Below are positions 58,986 to 64,000 of a stretch of DNA of 64,000 nucleotides, one piece after another. The notes under the pieces are model-generated. The model did no database searches. It was given only the letters and a program-made list of their open reading frames with translations, and had not been told where the DNA came from. How positions within the stretch are numbered: position 1 is the first letter of the stretch; the number at the start of each line of letters is the position of its first letter. The translations under genes were made by a program, and so were the position numbers. Source of the DNA: Craspedostauros australis. Lineage: Eukaryota. The stretch is from contig JALAGF010000799.1 of assembly GCA_030167865.1 (NCBI GenBank), forward strand, positions 1 to 64,000, read 5' to 3'.

Positions 58986-61900
58986 TTAACTTGTGGCTTC
59001 CGTTTCCAGCACACCGTTGTTGCCATTGAGGATCGATTCCAACGATGAGCCGATGCCACCGCTGACCTTTTCCACCATCACCTCCAGAATTTCGTTGTCG
59101 CTAGATCGCTTGATCTGAATGCTGTATTGGCGACCATCAGGGTCTGTGTCTGCGAATCCCACGCTAGCGGAGTCACCGGTCTTGAGAAAGCCTCTCACGA
59201 TGGCATCGCTGATGGCATCCTCGAAGAATCGCTGCGCTGCCCGCCGCATGGGACGCGCACCGAACTGGGCCGCGTTGGAGCTACCCTCCTGCATGACCTT
59301 CTCCACCAGACTCGGCTCGATGGTCAGAGCCATCTCCTGCTCATTTTCAGCGCGCTGCACGGTCTGCTGCAAGATCAGCGATGCGATGCTCTCCAGATCA
59401 TCCTTGCCCAACGGCGAGAAGACCACGATTTCGTCCATGCGATTCAGCAGCTCTGGTCTCATTTCCTGCTCCAGCTCCTCCTTCACGACCTCGGACAACA
59501 TGGCGTACAGTGCATCGTTCTCCTCCATCGTCATTTCGTCCGTGCTGGAATTCGGCATGACCTTGGAGAGGTCCAAAATGCGCTTGCTGCCGACGTTGGA
59601 TGTCATGACCAGGATGGTGTTTTTGAAGTTGACCGTGCGGCCTTTGCCGTCCGTGAGCATGCCATCCTCCATGATCTGGAGCAGGATGTTGAGGACGTCC
59701 TTGTGCGCCTTCTCCAACTCGTCCAGCAAGACCAGGGAATGCGGCGCTCGTCGGACGGCCTCGGTCAGCTGACCACCTTCGTCATATCCAATGTATCCGG
59801 GCGGTGGTCCTGTGAGGCGTGCCACGGAGTGCTTCTCCATGTACTCCGACATCTATAATGATAATTGTAGGTACGCAAGTGGGATGAATGCGATGTGCCA
59901 TAAGCGAGAAGCATGAACAGCGATCGTGAGTCGAGATAAGATCATACAAGCGGAAATGACAGCAACTCCATGAAACACCATGCACTGGTCCCGAATGGCC
60001 GCGCGCCAACAAGCTGCATTGCTAGAGAGTGGTGTATGGTACACCCAACCAACCAACCAACGAATCCAACGAATCCAACAATCCACTCACGTCAATGCGA
60101 ATCATATCCTTCTCCGATCCGAAATACGTTTCGGCCAACGTCTTGCACAGCTCCGTCTTGCCCGTTCCGGTGGGACCGCAGAACATGAAGGATGCGATGG
60201 GACGCGTGGGATCGCGCAATCCCGATCGTGCACGACGCACGGCACGGCTGACGGATTGCACAGCACGTCCTTGCCCCTTGACGCGCCTGGTGATGTCATC
60301 CTCCAGCACGACGAGACGATCCATCTCCGCATTCTCCAATTTTCCAATCGGGATATTGGCCCATTCACTGACGACTTGGGCGATTGTGTGCTCATCGACG
60401 ACGGGGAGTTCGGTTTCCTCGTCGTCGTCGTTGTCAAAATCAGCGGCCATGTCATTGTTGAGGTCTTTGGCTGCGGCAGTCTCCAGATGCACGACGGCGC
60501 CAGCTTCGTCCATAAGATCGATGGCCTTATCGGGAAGGAACCGATCGGAGATGTAGCGTTCGGAGAGTTTGGCAGCAGCCTCGAGACTGCTGGGCGTGTA
60601 CTGAACACCATGGTGCTTGGAGTAGGTGGGCGACAGCGTTTCCAATATCTGCACCGTCTCATCCACGCTGGGTTCCTTGACCATGACAGGTTGCAAACGA
60701 CGTTCCAACGCGGCGTCCTTCTCGATGTACTTGCGGTACTCCGAGATGGTGGTAGCGCCAATGAGCTGCATCTGACCGCGCGCCAACGCCGGTTTGAGGA
60801 GATTGGCGGCATCCATGCCACCTTCGGCAGCACCGGCACCGACGAGGTTGTGAATTTCATCGATGAAGAGGATGGTGGGCGGCGCCTTGGGATTCGTGAC
60901 TTCCTTCAGAATATCCTGCAGCCGCTCTTCGAACTCTCCGCGATACTTCGTACCGGCCACGAGCTGCGATAACTCCAGCGACACCAACCGCGTGCCGCGC
61001 AGCCGCTGTGGACACTTGGCAGGATCGATGAGGATCTGCGCGATGCCTTCGGCGATGCTGGTCTTGCCCGTGCCGGGTTCGCCGATGAGCACGACGTTGT
61101 TCTTGCGGCGGCGTGTCAGGGTGCGGATGCAGTTGTAAATCTCCTTGTCGCGGCCTTGCACGGGATCGAGGAGGCCGTCTTGGGCCTGCAGCGTGAGATC
61201 GACGCCGCATTCATCGAGGGTCTTGGAGGAGGCCGTGGCGCCGGTACCACCCATGGCGGCGACCAATTCCTTCTTTTCCAATTCGGCGTCGTCCTGGTCC
61301 TTCATGTTGCTGAGGAGCGAGTTGCAGATATCGATGGCCTGGTACCGATCCGAGTCGAATCCGTCGAGCAGAATGATGGCACGCCAGGCATCGTTGGTCT
61401 TGGGATCCATGACGGCCGTGGCAGCATCGCTGTTGGACGACGGGTTGATGTCGTGGTCGTATTCCAGGATCGCCAAGAAGATGTGCATCGATTCGATCGT
61501 CACGGATCCCATGGTGTCCGCGAGCTCACCGGAACGCTTCAGAGTCTGCTGCACCTCCTTTCCGAACGGAAGATCGTCGTCGGGATTTTGACGTTGAAAG
61601 ATGGAAGACAATCCGCCACCGCTATTGGCCGACGCAGCGCTTTCGGCGTAGAGGACGGACAGCACCTGCTGGTACTTGCGCCATGTGATGCCGTACTGTG
61701 TGAGGGTGCGATCGAGGGGTTTGAAATTCTGCATGTCGACGATGCCGGCCAAGAGGCAGGGCAGCTCCACCTCGGAACGACCGTACTTGGAAGACTGCTT
61801 CTGCGCCGAGACGATGGAGCTTATGACCTCCTCGGACATGCGTTCGAAGACGTGGCGTCTTGTGATGGATGTGGCGTGCGTGCGTCGGAATGAAGATGGC

Positions 61901-62163
61901 GATGAGCGACTTGTGCTGCTGCTGCTGATCGAGTTGATGGGATTAGGTGAAGAGATGAGCGATTGTGCAGTTGATGTCTGCGACGACCATCTCGTGTTGG
62001 CGACCGATGTGGAGGTGGATGGGATTGTGAAGGACTCCACCGTCATGATTCCACTCCCCGATGCTGTGAAGCCGTGTTGGTCAGCAGCATCATTGTGCAT
62101 CCACAACGTGCGCTCGTTGGAGAGGCTCAAGATGAGCGTCGAGATGGCGATGGATCGCAACAT
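58986..62163 (-). CDS. Nucleus-encoded Clp/Hsp100 AAA+ ATPase (ClpC/ClpA-like), probably plastid-targeted, ~979 aa; exons 62163-60091 and 59852-58986
   Basis: Presequence, then FERMSE Clp-N repeats. NBD1: [53 protein letters not shown]2: [17 protein letters not shown] across a GAC|gtgagt...tatag|ATG intron, [23 protein letters not shown]. Confidence 0.95.
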
Positions 62164-63143
62164 GGCTGCTCCCGCTGCACTTATGTGCTGTGTGCTCTGG
62201 AATGAATGATGGATGGTCTGCTCTGCACCTTTTTGTGAATGCTGAAGTGGAATCGCGTTGCTCCCTGGCGCTCTCCAGCTATTGTATGATCCACTCTGTT
62301 GCTGATCAACGGTTCCTCCTACTGTTCCTGCTACTGTTCCTGCCTCTGCTTCTTGATGGCAAACACCTGCTGAAGGTGATTGTGTGACACGACCCTTCCT
62401 CGTTGCCTCTTGGTATCTGAACTGACGTCAACTGATGCCAAAGGATTGATTGAACAATGAACAAGGAACAGCGTGGATGCTGGTTTGGCCTAGCGGTGAT
62501 GACACTCTTCAACCTCTTGCACGAAGTGATGGTGATGATGGATGATGCGGATACGATGGATCTGCGAATGCCTCTCTTGTGCGACAATCATCGTCATCAT
62601 CGTCAGCAGTGGTATCACGATCGCATGGACATTGTTCCGCGAAACCGCGGCCACAAATCACGTTTCCGTCAAAGATCCTTTTCGCCACTTCTCCATCTTG
62701 ACTCAGCCGCATGCGAACGGTTCATGAGAAAAATGACGACCAATCCAGAAACTGCGACTCATGTGACCAACATGATGACGTCATGTTGGATGAAACATGG
62801 AATGTGGAATTCAGAATGTCATTCACCGTGCAAGTACGACATTCGATACCCAAAGCTCCCAACTCACGCAAGAACCAAAAGGATCACACACCCATCACGC
62901 CGTGGTGATGTGACGATGACACCAACACCGCCACAATGATGGATCCGTCGAGAACGAGTGCGGCAACGCACGACCGTCCCTTCACACAAAAGAAGGAAGG
63001 CCTGCATCACATGCGTCATTGCCACACGACCTACCCGCACGAGTGTCATATTCGAAGGAAGAGAACATCGTTTGGAACCTCGCACTCGGTCGTATTATAT
63101 AATACAGCATACTATTCTATTATATAATATTATACTTGACAAG

Positions 63144-64000
63144 ATGATGTCCGCTGCGAGCCGATCGCTGATGAAGGCTAGGATGCCACCATCGCAATCA
63201 TTGGCGATGATGCAAGGCACTGTGCAACGTTACTCGACCACGATCGGGCATGGCTACTCCAACGGCCTTCTGTCCGCCCACAACGCGCATCACACCAAGT
63301 ACCTGCAGAATCTGAGGCGATGGCACCGCAACTTCTGGAGGTTGTACGCGCGCCGCATGCTCGATCTCATGGCCATCTCGGCATCGGCCATGGCGTTGCG
63401 TCAAAAGGCCAGCAAGCTCGAGGCGGTGGCGCAGCCCAAGCGATGGCAGAATTGGGAACGCGCCGATTGGGAGGAGACGGCGTTGGCCTCGGTGGGTGCG
63501 TCGTCCTTCCAGCGATGGTGGATGGCGACGCAGCGCGTCATCACCCTGGGAGCGTTGGTGTCGCCGTTGGCCATCCTCGTGCCGCTTTCCTACGTGTCGG
63601 ATCGCGCCAAGGATGGGGCCTGGGCCTACGCGCTGTGGGGCATCGAGCATGCTGGTCCCACGTGGATCAAGCTCATGCAATGGGCCACGACGCGTCAGGA
63701 TCTCTTCTCTCCCGACTTCTGTCAGTACTTCGGCAAGCTGCGCGACAACACGACGGGACACTCCTGGCAGGAGACGAAGCGCATTCTGCAGGAGGAGCTC
63801 ATTGGGACGGAGTCGGGCGCCACCGTCGATAAGAACGGACGTCCTCCCGTCATGAATGAGAAGTTGACTTCCGATCCCAACAGTCCGTTCTACAAGAAAC
63901 CTGGCAGCAGCTTCAAGCGCAACAAAACGGATGGCAGCGGCATGGCGGCACCTTCGTCGTGGGAGGATCTCGTCCGACTCGATCCGAAACCGATTGGAAG
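63144..64000 (+). CDS. ABC1/UbiB atypical kinase, ADCK2-like, 5' part (runs off window end)
   Basis: An open frame from ATG 63144 to the window end, absent from the ORF track because it has no stop. Reads GIEHAGPTWIKLMQWATTRQDLFSPDFCQYFGKLRD...HSW..T..IL...PIGS. The N-terminus is R/S/A-rich, like a mitochondrial presequence. Confidence 0.88.
   Translation, partial: MMSAASRSLMKARMPPSQSLAMMQGTVQRYSTTIGHGYSNGLLSAHNAHHTKYLQNLRRWHRNFWRLYARRMLDLMAISASAMALRQKASKLEAVAQPKRWQNWERADWEETALASVGASSFQRWWMATQRVITLGALVSPLAILVPLSYVSDRAKDGAWAYALWGIEHAGPTWIKLMQWATTRQDLFSPDFCQYFGKLRDNTTGHSWQETKRILQEELIGTESGATVDKNGRPPVMNEKLTSDPNSPFYKKPGSSFKRNKTDGSGMAAPSSWEDLVRLDPKPIG

Overview
Eukaryotic, intron-containing, microsatellite-rich genomic DNA, almost certainly from a diatom. 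Support for this: bipartite 'ASAFAP'-type plastid presequences, a diatom-type cyclin, RXL pro-peptide sites and protein domains I recognise from diatom hypothetical proteins. About 15 protein-coding loci are supportable: a disabled prolyl oligopeptidase copy at the left edge, a low-complexity protein with a conserved C-terminal helical domain, a 2725-aa myosin, a cyclin, a secreted RXL protein, a DEK-C/SWIB protein, a Patched/NPC1-family transporter, an MDP-1/cold-shock/ASCH fusion, a REXO4-like exonuclease, a vWA alpha-kinase, an ARFRP1-like GTPase, a single-pass membrane protein, a four-exon CRAL-TRIO-like fusion, a Tat-exported thylakoid protein, a ClpC/ClpA-like Hsp100 and a partial ABC1/ADCK2 kinase. 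No rRNA, tRNA, CRISPR array or intact transposon was recognised. The most interesting signals are unusual domain architectures and lost catalytic or docking motifs, plus a decayed 2.5-kb left end with telomere-like repeats. All calls come from manual motif recognition; no database searches were run.
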